Below, in pieces: positions 1 through 7,679 of a stretch of DNA of 18,202 nucleotides. The DNA comes from Candidatus Parvarchaeum sp. (lineage in GTDB: Archaea; Nanobdellota; Nanobdellia; Parvarchaeales; Parvarchaeaceae), in NCBI GenBank assembly GCA_049965555.1, contig JBMFWF010000012.1:1-18202 (forward strand). The letters are read 5' to 3'. The first letter of the stretch is position 1. Each line of letters starts with the position of its first letter. Position numbers and translations under genes: made by a program. The notes under the pieces were generated by a model. That model had not been told where the DNA came from, searched no databases, and worked only from the letters and a program-made list of their open reading frames with translations.

Positions 1-1
1 A

Positions 2-574
2 GAGAGGCTGGGGATTCTAAGAGAAGTCGGCCAGGGGCTAGAAGGCAGTTATGCCGGCCACGTTTCGAATCTATTCTCAGATGGCAGGGGGCTTTTTGGC
101 TCTAACGGCATCATAGACAGGATAATAAGCGATTTTCCTTCATTCAAGGACTCCTCTCGATACAAAGGACATGAGATCATATTTAACAAGCGGGCGCAAC
201 TTGCCGTTGCCATGATCTATGAAAGGTTCCTATCGGATAATAAAAGGTTGCTTTCAAAGGAGGACGCGGACGAAATTACAGTATTTGCCGATTACGAGCT
301 TCCAAAGATACTGCATGCATTGGGGATATTGACTTATAGCAGTAATTTAGAGGACAAAATACAAAATAATGTTTTGATAGAGCGGGACAGCGAACAGGAA
401 GTAGAACTCAGAGCAAATACGATCTATGCTGCGGAACTAATAAAGGGCAGAATAAACGCTAAGCGGACACCGGAAAACCAGGTAAATGCGCTCAACATCG
501 ACTATCTGCTTTGGTCTGAAGGGCGTAAAATTGGGGATAAAAAGGCCCATTTAACTGTGACTACAAACTACTAA
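2..574 (+). CDS. Queuosine salvage family protein (Qng1/DUF2419/C9orf64-like), 5'-partial
   Basis: The frame is open from position 2 (ERLGILREVG...DFPSFKDSSRYKGHEIIFNKRAQLAVAM) into the listed 212..574 ORF. It carries the family motifs FxD...Y.G....F.KRAQ, FADYxLPxxLxxLGILxY, EVELRA, IDYLLW and a C-terminal HxTxTxxY. Confidence 0.85.
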   Translation, partial: ERLGILREVGQGLEGSYAGHVSNLFSDGRGLFGSNGIIDRIISDFPSFKDSSRYKGHEIIFNKRAQLAVAMIYERFLSDNKRLLSKEDADEITVFADYELPKILHALGILTYSSNLEDKIQNNVLIERDSEQEVELRANTIYAAELIKGRINAKRTPENQVNALNIDYLLWSEGRKIGDKKAHLTVTTNY

Positions 575-920
575 GAACCAACATTTGCTGGCGGGGCTTA
601 CAAGGTTGTGGACCATTACAGCAAAAAGGAGTAGAAAGCAAACTGAAGAATATTGCCAAGGCTGTGTTCCTTTTGTTTCCGTTCTTTCTTGCTTTTATTA
701 TGTAATAATTTATTGCTATTATAAAGCTTATTGTGTAGCTGAGCAAAAATGAGCAGATGATGTCAAATAAAGGATAAAAAGAAGAGAAGACTGCTATGCC
801 TACATTGTCATGTATAAAAAGATAAGCGTAAGCAGAGAAGATTATAATAGGTATTATTGCAAAAAATTTGTTTTGTTTTAAAAGACTGTCAAAAACTTTC
901 ATTCCTTTAGTATTTTCCAT
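561..920 (-). CDS. Hypothetical membrane protein (about 3 hydrophobic segments), possibly truncated
   Basis: 119-aa ATG-started ORF with hydrophobic stretches (FFAIIPIIIFSAYAYLFI; IICSFLLSYTISFIIAINYYII; TALAIFFSLLS). Its 3' end overlaps the convergent Qng1-like gene by 14 nt. Confidence 0.45.
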   Translation of the reverse strand: MENTKGMKVFDSLLKQNKFFAIIPIIIFSAYAYLFIHDNVGIAVFSSFYPLFDIICSFLLSYTISFIIAINYYIIKARKNGNKRNTALAIFFSLLSTPFCCNGPQPCKPRQQMLVLSSL

Positions 921-1073
921 TTCTTTTTATTGTAGCCGATTCATAAAAACTTTTTTTTCATAAAATTATTTCTAGAGATAAACTAATCCTGAAAGCAAGG
1001 AAGTGCTAAAAGCTAAGATTTTTAAAAGTTTAAATATTACTTATGTTCTATATAACGATAAAGGTGATAAAAT

Positions 1074-1109
1074 ATGTCAGAAGATGGCGGTAACACTGAA
1101 CATCCATGA
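1074..1109 (+). CDS. Candidate micro-ORF MSEDGGNTEHP (11 aa)
   Basis: BRE/TATA-like AAAAGTTTAAATA at about 1024-1036, SD GGTGA at 1063-1067, ATG 1074, TGA 1107-1109, T-rich tract from about 1131. Confidence 0.25.
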   Translation: MSEDGGNTEHP

Positions 1110-1199
1110 TTTGAGGGTGTTAGTGATCAATTGTTTTTGATTTGATTTTTTAGTTTTGTTTTGAAATTCTTATTATAGGAATTATTGATATTGGAGAAT

Positions 1200-1927
1200 C
1201 GATAAAAGTCAGTTTCCCTTTATGCTTTTTTAGGTTAATGGTGGCTATGGAAGATAAAGTAGGGAACGGATTTTTATTTGAGTTACTTTATTCTTAGATT
1301 CTTTGTTAAAAATCTTTTTTGGAAATCAAATATCATGGTCCAATTTTCCTCGGGGCCATCATTTCCATCACAGTTTGTAGCTAATTCTAAACAGTTAAAA
1401 AAATGTTTAAATCTAATTAGTGAAGCGAAGCTCTATATAGCTGATTAATATTCTAAGAAGGCTAACTTTAGATTTGTAATTTTTGGGATAGTGGAAAGTT
1501 TAAATAATGCAAATTAAGTTTCTTGAATTTTTCTAAAAGTTCTAAAACCTCTTTTTTGTCTATTACTTCTTTGATGATCCCGAATTTATTGGATGATAAT
1601 GAATTAAATACTCATGTTTCTGCGATTTATCTATTAAGGTAACTTTCCGATTGGTAGGATTCCCTTGTATAACGCTTTGTCCTTTGATAGGTTTTCGTTA
1701 TTAACTGCAAAAATAGAATTATATGGACTTTACCTATGATATCGCTTGTATTCTATAGTAGTGATATGTTTATATGCAAAATCGAAAAACCCAGAACCCT
1801 TGACTTGTATAAGTCTTCTATCTGTTGCATAAAGATTCTTATAACTTTGCAATATCTTTTCACCATCAAATAAATAGTTATTTACTACTAAATTTTTCTC
1901 TAAGTCACCACTTTTATTGTATTTCAT
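1200..1927 (-). pseudogene. Decayed gene remnants; the 5'-most piece (1730..1927) resembles a bacterial PH-domain-like N-terminus
   Basis: 65-aa ORF (YLFDGEKILQSYKNLYATDRRLIQVK...FAYKHITTIEY) is followed by short protein-like minus-strand fragments (e.g. IIKEVIDKKEVLELLEKFKKL; CLELATNCDGNDGPEENWTMIFDF) broken by stops, in very AT-rich DNA. Confidence 0.4.
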
Positions 1928-2038
1928 ATCTTACAGATTACTTCTCATAAAACTTATATTCTTTCCTTCTTTTATGGCTTTCTGCCTGATAACCTGTTTA
2001 GTTGCTGATTCCAAGTTTCCCTTCTTTAGTTAATATAA

Positions 2039-4024
2039 TTACCACATGTTTAGATTTGGATATTTAACTGGCAATTTTCCAAGCTTGCTCTTTTCTTTGA
2101 AGGTGCTTTCAAACTTTGGATGTGTAACCGCAGGAACTAAACCCCTTATCTTTTCGGGAGAATGCGGGTCTATCATAGCAAACATTTTTGCAGTTTCATC
2201 CCTTACATTGCTCTTCCATATCTGCGACCAAGCTATGAAAAACCTCTGCTCAGGAGTAAACCCGTCTATTTTCTTGTTTTCTGCGGGGTTTCTTTTAAGA
2301 TATCTCTGCAAAGCATCATATGCTATGCTTATCCCGCCAAGATCTGCAATGTTTTCACCCAAAGTGAGTTTCCCATTGACCTTTACTCCAGGTATTATTT
2401 CAAATTTGCTGTAGAAATCAGCTACTTTTTTAGCAAGAGCATTGAACTTCCTTGTATCTTGGGGAAGCCACCACTCCTTCATTCTACCATTTCCATCGTA
2501 CAATCTTCCTTGGTCATCGTAGCCATGCGTTATCTCATGGCCTATGACTCCGCCTATTCCGCCGTAATTCACAGCAGCATCCTTGCTGGCATCAAAGAAC
2601 GGAGGCTGAAGTATCCCCGCAGGAAACGCCAATTCATTCCCGCTGGGGTTATAATAAGCATTTACCATTGAAGGAGTCATCAGCCATTCCTTTTTATCGA
2701 CCTTTTTCCCTATTCTTTTTATCTGCCTGTTTATTTCAAATTTTATCGACCTTGTCACGTTCCCGAACAGATCGTTTCTTTCTATCTCTAATTTTGAATA
2801 GTCCCTGAACTTCTCAGGGTAGCCTATCTTAACGTTAAGCATGGAAAACTTCTTAAGAGCCTTCTTCCTTGTTGCTGGGCCCATCCATTTCACTGCTTTA
2901 AGCCTTTCAATGAATATGCTTTTAACATCACTTACAAGCTCCTCGGCCTTTCTCTTTGCCTCTCTGCTAAAGTTCTGCTCGACATAAAGCTTGCCCAGAG
3001 CTTCTCCTATCGAAAAATCTATTAACTTTATTGCTCTTTTCCACCTAGGCTCCTGCACTTTTTTGCCCATCAATTTTCTGCCAAAGAAATCGAAATGTTC
3101 TTTCTCAGCCTTTGAATGCAAAAGCGAAGCAGAATGGTTTATTATCTGCCATTTGAGGTATGCCTTAACATCATCGACTGTGAATTTTGCTCTTATCATG
3201 TTGACTTTGTCCAGGAATTCCGGCTGGCCCACCACCATAAATGATATTGGATTGCCTCCAAGTGAAGAGTATATTCCAAGTAAATCGATTGCATTGAACC
3301 TTTTCTTTATCTGTTCAATGCTAAACCTGTTGTAGTTCTTTATCTCATCTCTTAGCTCGACTGAACTGCGGCTTGCTTCTGCAAGGTAATTCTCTATTTT
3401 CATTATTGAATCGCAGTAATCTCTGGCTTTGCCGTCCTTCTCGCCATATAACTTAAACATCTTTACGATGTGATTCTTGAAGTCAGATACCGCCTTTGCG
3501 TGCTCCTTTTTCAAGTAGTAGTCCCTGTCCGGTAAAGAAATGCCTCCCTGCGTTATGTAAAATGAATAAATGCTGCTGTCCTTCTTGTCCTCTGCTGAAG
3601 ACAGATCAAAGAACGAAGATATCCCCTCTTTCATTAATTCTTTTATAACAGAGTTTACATCATCAAAATCCTTTATCGAATCGACGATCTTCATAAGCGG
3701 CATTATTGGTGAAAAGCCCTTCTTTTCTATGGTTTTTGTATCCATGAAAGAAAAGAAGAAATCGCCGACCTTTTGTTCTACCGTCCCTTTTTCCTGTTTA
3801 TTGTAAGCGCATGACTCGGCTATAGCTTTTAAAATCTCAAAGTTCTTGTTTGAAAGCTGTATAAAGGAATCGTACCTTCCCTCCTCCTTTGGTATCGGCG
3901 TGCTTGACCGCCACTTGCCGCAGGCATAATTGTAGAAATCCTCAAACGGGTCTATTGATAAGTCCATGTAAGAGGTTGAAAAACCTATGTTTTTCGCACT
4001 TTCCTTCCTTTCAGAGCTTTCCAT
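2039..4024 (-). CDS. pepO: M13 family zinc metalloendopeptidase (PepO/neprilysin-like), apparently cytoplasmic
   Basis: 661 aa with DFYNYACGKW, VNAYY, FPAGILQPPFF, NYGGIGGVIGHEITHGYDDQG (HExxH), GENIAD and DPHSP motifs. No signal peptide is evident. Confidence 0.95.
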   Translation of the reverse strand: MESSERKESAKNIGFSTSYMDLSIDPFEDFYNYACGKWRSSTPIPKEEGRYDSFIQLSNKNFEILKAIAESCAYNKQEKGTVEQKVGDFFFSFMDTKTIEKKGFSPIMPLMKIVDSIKDFDDVNSVIKELMKEGISSFFDLSSAEDKKDSSIYSFYITQGGISLPDRDYYLKKEHAKAVSDFKNHIVKMFKLYGEKDGKARDYCDSIMKIENYLAEASRSSVELRDEIKNYNRFSIEQIKKRFNAIDLLGIYSSLGGNPISFMVVGQPEFLDKVNMIRAKFTVDDVKAYLKWQIINHSASLLHSKAEKEHFDFFGRKLMGKKVQEPRWKRAIKLIDFSIGEALGKLYVEQNFSREAKRKAEELVSDVKSIFIERLKAVKWMGPATRKKALKKFSMLNVKIGYPEKFRDYSKLEIERNDLFGNVTRSIKFEINRQIKRIGKKVDKKEWLMTPSMVNAYYNPSGNELAFPAGILQPPFFDASKDAAVNYGGIGGVIGHEITHGYDDQGRLYDGNGRMKEWWLPQDTRKFNALAKKVADFYSKFEIIPGVKVNGKLTLGENIADLGGISIAYDALQRYLKRNPAENKKIDGFTPEQRFFIAWSQIWKSNVRDETAKMFAMIDPHSPEKIRGLVPAVTHPKFESTFKEKSKLGKLPVKYPNLNMW

Positions 4025-4044
4025 TTAAAAGCTAAGACGGCATT

Positions 4045-4542
4045 CTATTTATTATTAACATCCGTCCGGCCCTGTAAGTTCTTATAATTCCCTGACAGAT
4101 ATTGATTAATGGCGTATGCGAACTTACTAAGCTGCTTTGCACTCATTTTCTCCACTTCATAGCCGTTGAAAACTACTTTTTTAGTAGTGTAGTCTGCAAA
4201 TGCGATGTTTTTATATGAATTGCCTTCCCTCCTGGCAAAGAACATATAAATATTGGTTTTTCCACTGCTGTAATCCTTTCCATTTGAGAGGTAAACATTG
4301 TTTTCATCCTTGAAGAGCTTGCCGAAAAAGTTATCTTGTTCGATGCTGTCCCTTACTTCATACACTAAAAGCGTTTTTACTTCTTTGCTGTTTTTACTTT
4401 CTAGATTTACAGGAAAGGAGTTTGCTTTTATTTTCAATGGCATCCAGTTTTCGGCAGGCAAACTGCTGAAAGCTTCTTCCACTTTTTTATTCAAATTGCT
4501 GCTGCCTTCAAGCATTTCTTCCAAATCTCCGTATTTTTCCAT
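4045..4542 (-). CDS. Hypothetical protein
   Basis: 165-aa ORF preceded by SD-like AAGGTGG, co-oriented with and 20 nt upstream of the M13 peptidase. Confidence 0.7.
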   Translation of the reverse strand: MEKYGDLEEMLEGSSNLNKKVEEAFSSLPAENWMPLKIKANSFPVNLESKNSKEVKTLLVYEVRDSIEQDNFFGKLFKDENNVYLSNGKDYSSGKTNIYMFFARREGNSYKNIAFADYTTKKVVFNGYEVEKMSAKQLSKFAYAINQYLSGNYKNLQGRTDVNNK

Positions 4543-4798
4543 TTTTAACCACCTTTATTAACCGGAAGATCAATTCTATAAGCAATACGTTTGCAGCCAA
4601 AGACAAAAGGAAAAAAAGTACTCCTTGAAAAGTAAAAGAAAGCTGTTTGTCGGCAGAGCTTTCGAAAAGGCTAGCTAAAACAGTGCATATGAAAAGCTCG
4701 AGATTTATTGTCTCGAATCTTAAGTAGCTGAAAACCCTGTCTCCAGCCTTGTTTTCCACTTTACCTTTATTTCCAAACGTTGCTTCGAATTCTTCCAT
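4508..4798 (-). CDS. Small hypothetical membrane protein (2 TM)
   Basis: The likely start is ATG 4798 (MEEFEATFGNK..., 96 aa) rather than the listed 4897. Two hydrophobic segments (LELFICTVLASLF; GVLFFLLSLAANVLLIELIF). Confidence 0.55.
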   Translation of the reverse strand: MEEFEATFGNKGKVENKAGDRVFSYLRFETINLELFICTVLASLFESSADKQLSFTFQGVLFFLLSLAANVLLIELIFRLIKVVKNGKIRRFGRNA

Positions 4799-4861
4799 TT
4801 TTTTAGATTTTTTTGATAGATTATAGTAAAAACAAAAAAGTTTTATTTTATAGATTAAGCA

Positions 4862-5025
4862 GCCCAAACGTATGAAGTTGTTTTTATGAACCCGCAAGAC
4901 GTTTGGGCAGATTACCTTGTCTTGACAATGAGCTTATAGGCAGGGTGATTAAATGAATATGTCCATGAAAGCATATCTGCGAGTAAATCCTGCTTCACTT
5001 TACTCGCTGCATTCATGAGACTTTG
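4862..5025 (-). ncRNA. Candidate structured non-coding RNA (two long stem-loops), family unknown
   Basis: Perfect 10-bp inverted repeat GCCCAAACGT (4862-4871)/ACGTTTGGGC (4899-4908). Second long hairpin with CATGAA/TTCATG, GCA/TGC and perfect GCGAGTAAA/TTTACTCGC stems (about 4961-5021). A T-tract follows on the minus strand at about 4827-4839. Strand is inferred. Confidence 0.45.
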
Positions 5026-5053
5026 CATTATATGTTATGCTAGGAATTAGTAT

Positions 5054-5248
5054 GTGAACTACCCCAAGCTTCCGCATGGAGCTTCACGCTTCTTCGGAAA
5101 AGGTTGTTATCCTCTGCGTGCATACTGCCCGGTTCCCGAGCAACTATTTTATTCTCCTTCGGTCTTACATTGCACGAAGCTAATTTGTGCAAAAGAGCTT
5201 TCCCCTTTCGGGTAGGTGTAGCACTTTCAGCCTCCACCGAGACCTGCC
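5054..5248 (-). ncRNA. TnpB omegaRNA/reRNA-like scaffold, copy 1 (guide = flank ATACTAATTCCTAGCATAAC...)
   Basis: GCTCGG-GAA-CCGGGC hairpin, CACGC...GCGTG pairing in the context CACGCAGAG...GAAGAAGCGTGAAG, and the terminal RE hairpin plus TCAC. There is also a 5' multi-stem domain (GGTCT/AGACC, GGTG/CACC, CCC-GAAA-GGG, TTGCAC/GTGCAA). Confidence 0.6.
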
Positions 5249-5321
5249 TTTTACATATAATATCTGATTTTTCCTATATTTTTACTTTTCCTTACTGTCA
5301 GGGGAATTCTCTGCGGATTAG
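5054..5321 (-). mobile_element. Non-autonomous IS200/IS605-family derivative (PATE/MITE-like), copy 1, left end damaged
   Basis: The minus strand ends GAAG-CTCCATGC-GGAA-GCTTGGGG-TAGTTCAC, a subterminal hairpin plus TCAC typical of IS605/TnpB right ends. The left boundary abuts TTTAA. There is no TSD and no transposase or TnpB ORF. 5054-5290 matches 14266-14502 with one mismatch. Confidence 0.8.
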
Positions 5322-5331
5322 TTAAATCTAA

Positions 5332-6456
5332 TTATTTCTTTAGGCCAAAAAGCCCTTCTTTCAGCTTCAGCCCAAAACCGTGTCCTTTGCCTATTGTGTT
5401 TTTTCCTTTAATGGTCTTCAAGCCGCTGTAAACAAACCTGTTTTTATGCGTCAAGTGGGAGTCCAGATCAGAGAACCCTATGTCTTTTATAGAAAGCGCG
5501 AAATGCGTTCCTGCCGTTATGCCGACCCTGCTTTCCTCCATGCAGCCTACCATGATCCCTATGTTTTTTGACCTTGCTTCCTTCGCTATCTGCATGGCCT
5601 TTGTTATTCCCCCTGTTTTCATGAGCTTTATATTTACCATTGAAACCGCATTCATCCGCGCAAGTTTATTCAGGTCTTCGATTGTCTTCAATGACTCATC
5701 GGCCATTATCGGTACAGTGCTTTCTTCATTTAATTTTTTTAGAGAGTAAAGATCCGAGAATTTCACAGGCTGCTCCAGAAAACCCAGATTAAATTCCTTT
5801 GAATTTTCAAGGAAGAACTGTGCTTCTTGAAATGAATACCCCTGATTGGCGTCTGCGACTATTTTGATTGAATTGCCCACTGCCTCTCTTATCTTTTTTA
5901 TTCTTTTTAAGTCATTATCAACATCAAGGCCGACCTTGACCTTTATAACCTTAAATCCTTGTTTTTTATAGAATAAAGAATGCTTTACTGAAAGCTTTTC
6001 GCTTTCTATGCCTATCGTCATAGAAATCGGTTTTGCTTTTCCTTTTCCACCTAACAATGAAACCGCCTTTTTCCTTAAGATCTTTCCCACGAGATCATAT
6101 AAAGCCAGGTCTATCCCTGCCTTTGCGGTATTCTCTCCTTTTGACATTTCATCCAGTTCTCTGTTTATCCCTTTAAGGTCTAGAGCATCCTTTCCTTTCA
6201 ACTCCTCTGCAGCTCTTTCTATGAAGCTGGAAACTGAATAAGAGTCCTCATTGGTTACTTCTTTGTCCGGGGCTGCTTCACCGATCCCCTCGAACCCCTT
6301 TGCCTTTACACTTACGAAAACCGTTTTGCTTGATGAATAGGATTCATTTGCTATCCTCAATGGCTCGTTTAGAAGCAGATCCTCTACTTTAAATGTTATA
6401 TCATCTATCGGAAAAGCTGTTGTCTTACTAAGCTTTTGCATGCTAATTATTTGCAT
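5332..6456 (-). CDS. Dipeptide epimerase (L-Ala-D/L-Glu epimerase-like, enolase superfamily MLE subgroup)
   Basis: GIGEA, KAGIDLALYDL, KVK, DANQG, EQP, ADES, NIKLMKTGG, GCMEES and DLDS (DxD) motifs. Alternative start ATG at 6441. Confidence 0.9.
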   Translation of the reverse strand: MQIISMQKLSKTTAFPIDDITFKVEDLLLNEPLRIANESYSSSKTVFVSVKAKGFEGIGEAAPDKEVTNEDSYSVSSFIERAAEELKGKDALDLKGINRELDEMSKGENTAKAGIDLALYDLVGKILRKKAVSLLGGKGKAKPISMTIGIESEKLSVKHSLFYKKQGFKVIKVKVGLDVDNDLKRIKKIREAVGNSIKIVADANQGYSFQEAQFFLENSKEFNLGFLEQPVKFSDLYSLKKLNEESTVPIMADESLKTIEDLNKLARMNAVSMVNIKLMKTGGITKAMQIAKEARSKNIGIMVGCMEESRVGITAGTHFALSIKDIGFSDLDSHLTHKNRFVYSGLKTIKGKNTIGKGHGFGLKLKEGLFGLKK

Positions 6457-6500
6457 GCTATAAAGAAATATTTTTAAAAACCTGTTTTTATATAAGTAAA

Positions 6501-7214
6501 ATGTTGAAAAGAGAATTTTCCAGCTATCATGGAATATACAAGCAGGCCATAAAAGATTACAAGTGGCTTATAATCGCCGGCCTTGTTCTGTTTCTTCCAA
6601 GCATAATAATATACTCCATAAAACCCACTGCTTTACCTTACTGCCCTGTAGAACAGCTATGCTCTTCTTATTCAACGCCTTTGGGTGCATTCACTTCGAT
6701 CTTCATATATGATTCATGGACAAACATATTAGCATTTGTAGTTTTCTTTGTATTCCTGTGGGCCATAGAGATATTTGCAAGAGATTATGTAAGGCCCAGA
6801 AGAGCAAATTTCGCAGCTGTATTCATGTATGTTTCAGGGATATCTGCGAACTTGATAGAGATCGCATACAATCACAATATAATTTCATTCGGCCCTTCCG
6901 GTGTCGTCTATGCTTTCATAGGCATAATCGTTTCATTCAGCGTAATAAACATACTGCTGCCGAATTGGGAGCGCGGAAAGGACAGTATTACAAAAATAGA
7001 AGACAAGGGATACGTCCTTATTAACCTAATAGTTTTCGTGTTTTTCTTCCTCTGGATATTCTTTAGTCCAGGCAGCTTTATATCAAAGGCCCCGAATGTC
7101 AACTATGCAGTGCACGGAATAGCATTCACAATAGGGTTTGTAGGGACGTTTGTGAGAGCCATTATACTGCGGATAAGAGATATGCCAGAGCCAAAATACA
7201 TGCTTCGCAAGTAA
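6501..7214 (+). CDS. Rhomboid-family intramembrane serine protease
   Basis: About 6-7 TM segments. GPSGVVYA (GxSG catalytic Ser) and VNYAVHG (catalytic His). The TM2 HxxxN motif is degenerate. Confidence 0.8.
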   Translation: MLKREFSSYHGIYKQAIKDYKWLIIAGLVLFLPSIIIYSIKPTALPYCPVEQLCSSYSTPLGAFTSIFIYDSWTNILAFVVFFVFLWAIEIFARDYVRPRRANFAAVFMYVSGISANLIEIAYNHNIISFGPSGVVYAFIGIIVSFSVINILLPNWERGKDSITKIEDKGYVLINLIVFVFFFLWIFFSPGSFISKAPNVNYAVHGIAFTIGFVGTFVRAIILRIRDMPEPKYMLRK

Positions 7215-7279
7215 AGGCAGAGTAATACAAAGGTAATACAAATAAAAGGCATTTTAAAGACATATTTTCAATTAAAACT

Positions 7280-7636
7280 GTGGTAAAGGAGGGCTTGGCG
7301 CAAATAATAGAGTCTATTAAGAAAGACTCCTACGATTCTGTCATATTGGTTGAGGGAAAAAGGGACAAAGAGGCCCTTAAAAAAGCCGGGATACCTGGAT
7401 ATGCAATACTCCAGGTCTCTTACAAGGATGAGAATACAATATACAATGAATTGATTCTTTACCATAGAGATAAGATAATACCGCTTTACGATAACGACAG
7501 GACAGGGGAGAAAAAGCTTTCTAAGCTTAAGAACTTTCTTTGTGGAATGGGATTAAAACTTGTTGATTACAGAAGCTCCTTGAATGAAAACGGCATAACA
7601 TACATAGAAGAGATAGACAACAGGTTGGGCATCTGA
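7280..7636 (+). CDS. Small stand-alone Toprim-domain protein (RNase M5/primase-like)
   Basis: 118 aa, GTG start, ILVEGKRD and YDNDRTG (DxD) Toprim motifs. Confidence 0.85.
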   Translation: MVKEGLAQIIESIKKDSYDSVILVEGKRDKEALKKAGIPGYAILQVSYKDENTIYNELILYHRDKIIPLYDNDRTGEKKLSKLKNFLCGMGLKLVDYRSSLNENGITYIEEIDNRLGI

Positions 7637-7679
7637 ATTAATATATATACATTGCTTTTCTATACTTAAATAAAGATAT

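Noticed and set aside
1061-1125. Fluoride riboswitch-like start (GGTGAT...)
   Set aside because: It lacks the GATGGNGTTC/TAATGAC consensus and has no downstream crcB/eriC gene.
2046-3806. Antisense ORFs overlapping the M13 peptidase (and similar shadow ORFs over the epimerase, nadK-HTH, pncB, pncA, nadE, lat, AKR and DUF2341 genes)
   Set aside because: They are opposite-strand or alternate-frame shadows of well-supported genes and have no motifs.
4799-4897. N-terminal extension of the 4508..4897 ORF
   Set aside because: It has a non-ATG start and runs through a hairpin and promoter/terminator-like A/T tracts. ATG 4798 is more plausible.
4953-5018. Small + strand ORF MNMSMKAYLRVNPASLYSLHS with an upstream GGTGA
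   Set aside because: It lies entirely within a strong hairpin and has no recognisable features. The RNA interpretation is preferred, though the ORF is not excluded.
4860-5030. SRP RNA, RNase P RNA, tRNA or IS110 bridge RNA identity for the structured intergenic segment
   Set aside because: It has no SRP helix-8, RNase P P4 or cloverleaf signatures, and there is no IS110 recombinase nearby.
5040-5325. ORFs inside the repeat (5040..5237 -, 5104..5325 +; likewise 14255..14449 - and 14316..14567 +)
   Set aside because: They have non-ATG starts and no TnpB RuvC/Zn-finger or TnpA HUH motifs, and their ends differ between copies. They are best explained as frames running across a structured RNA.
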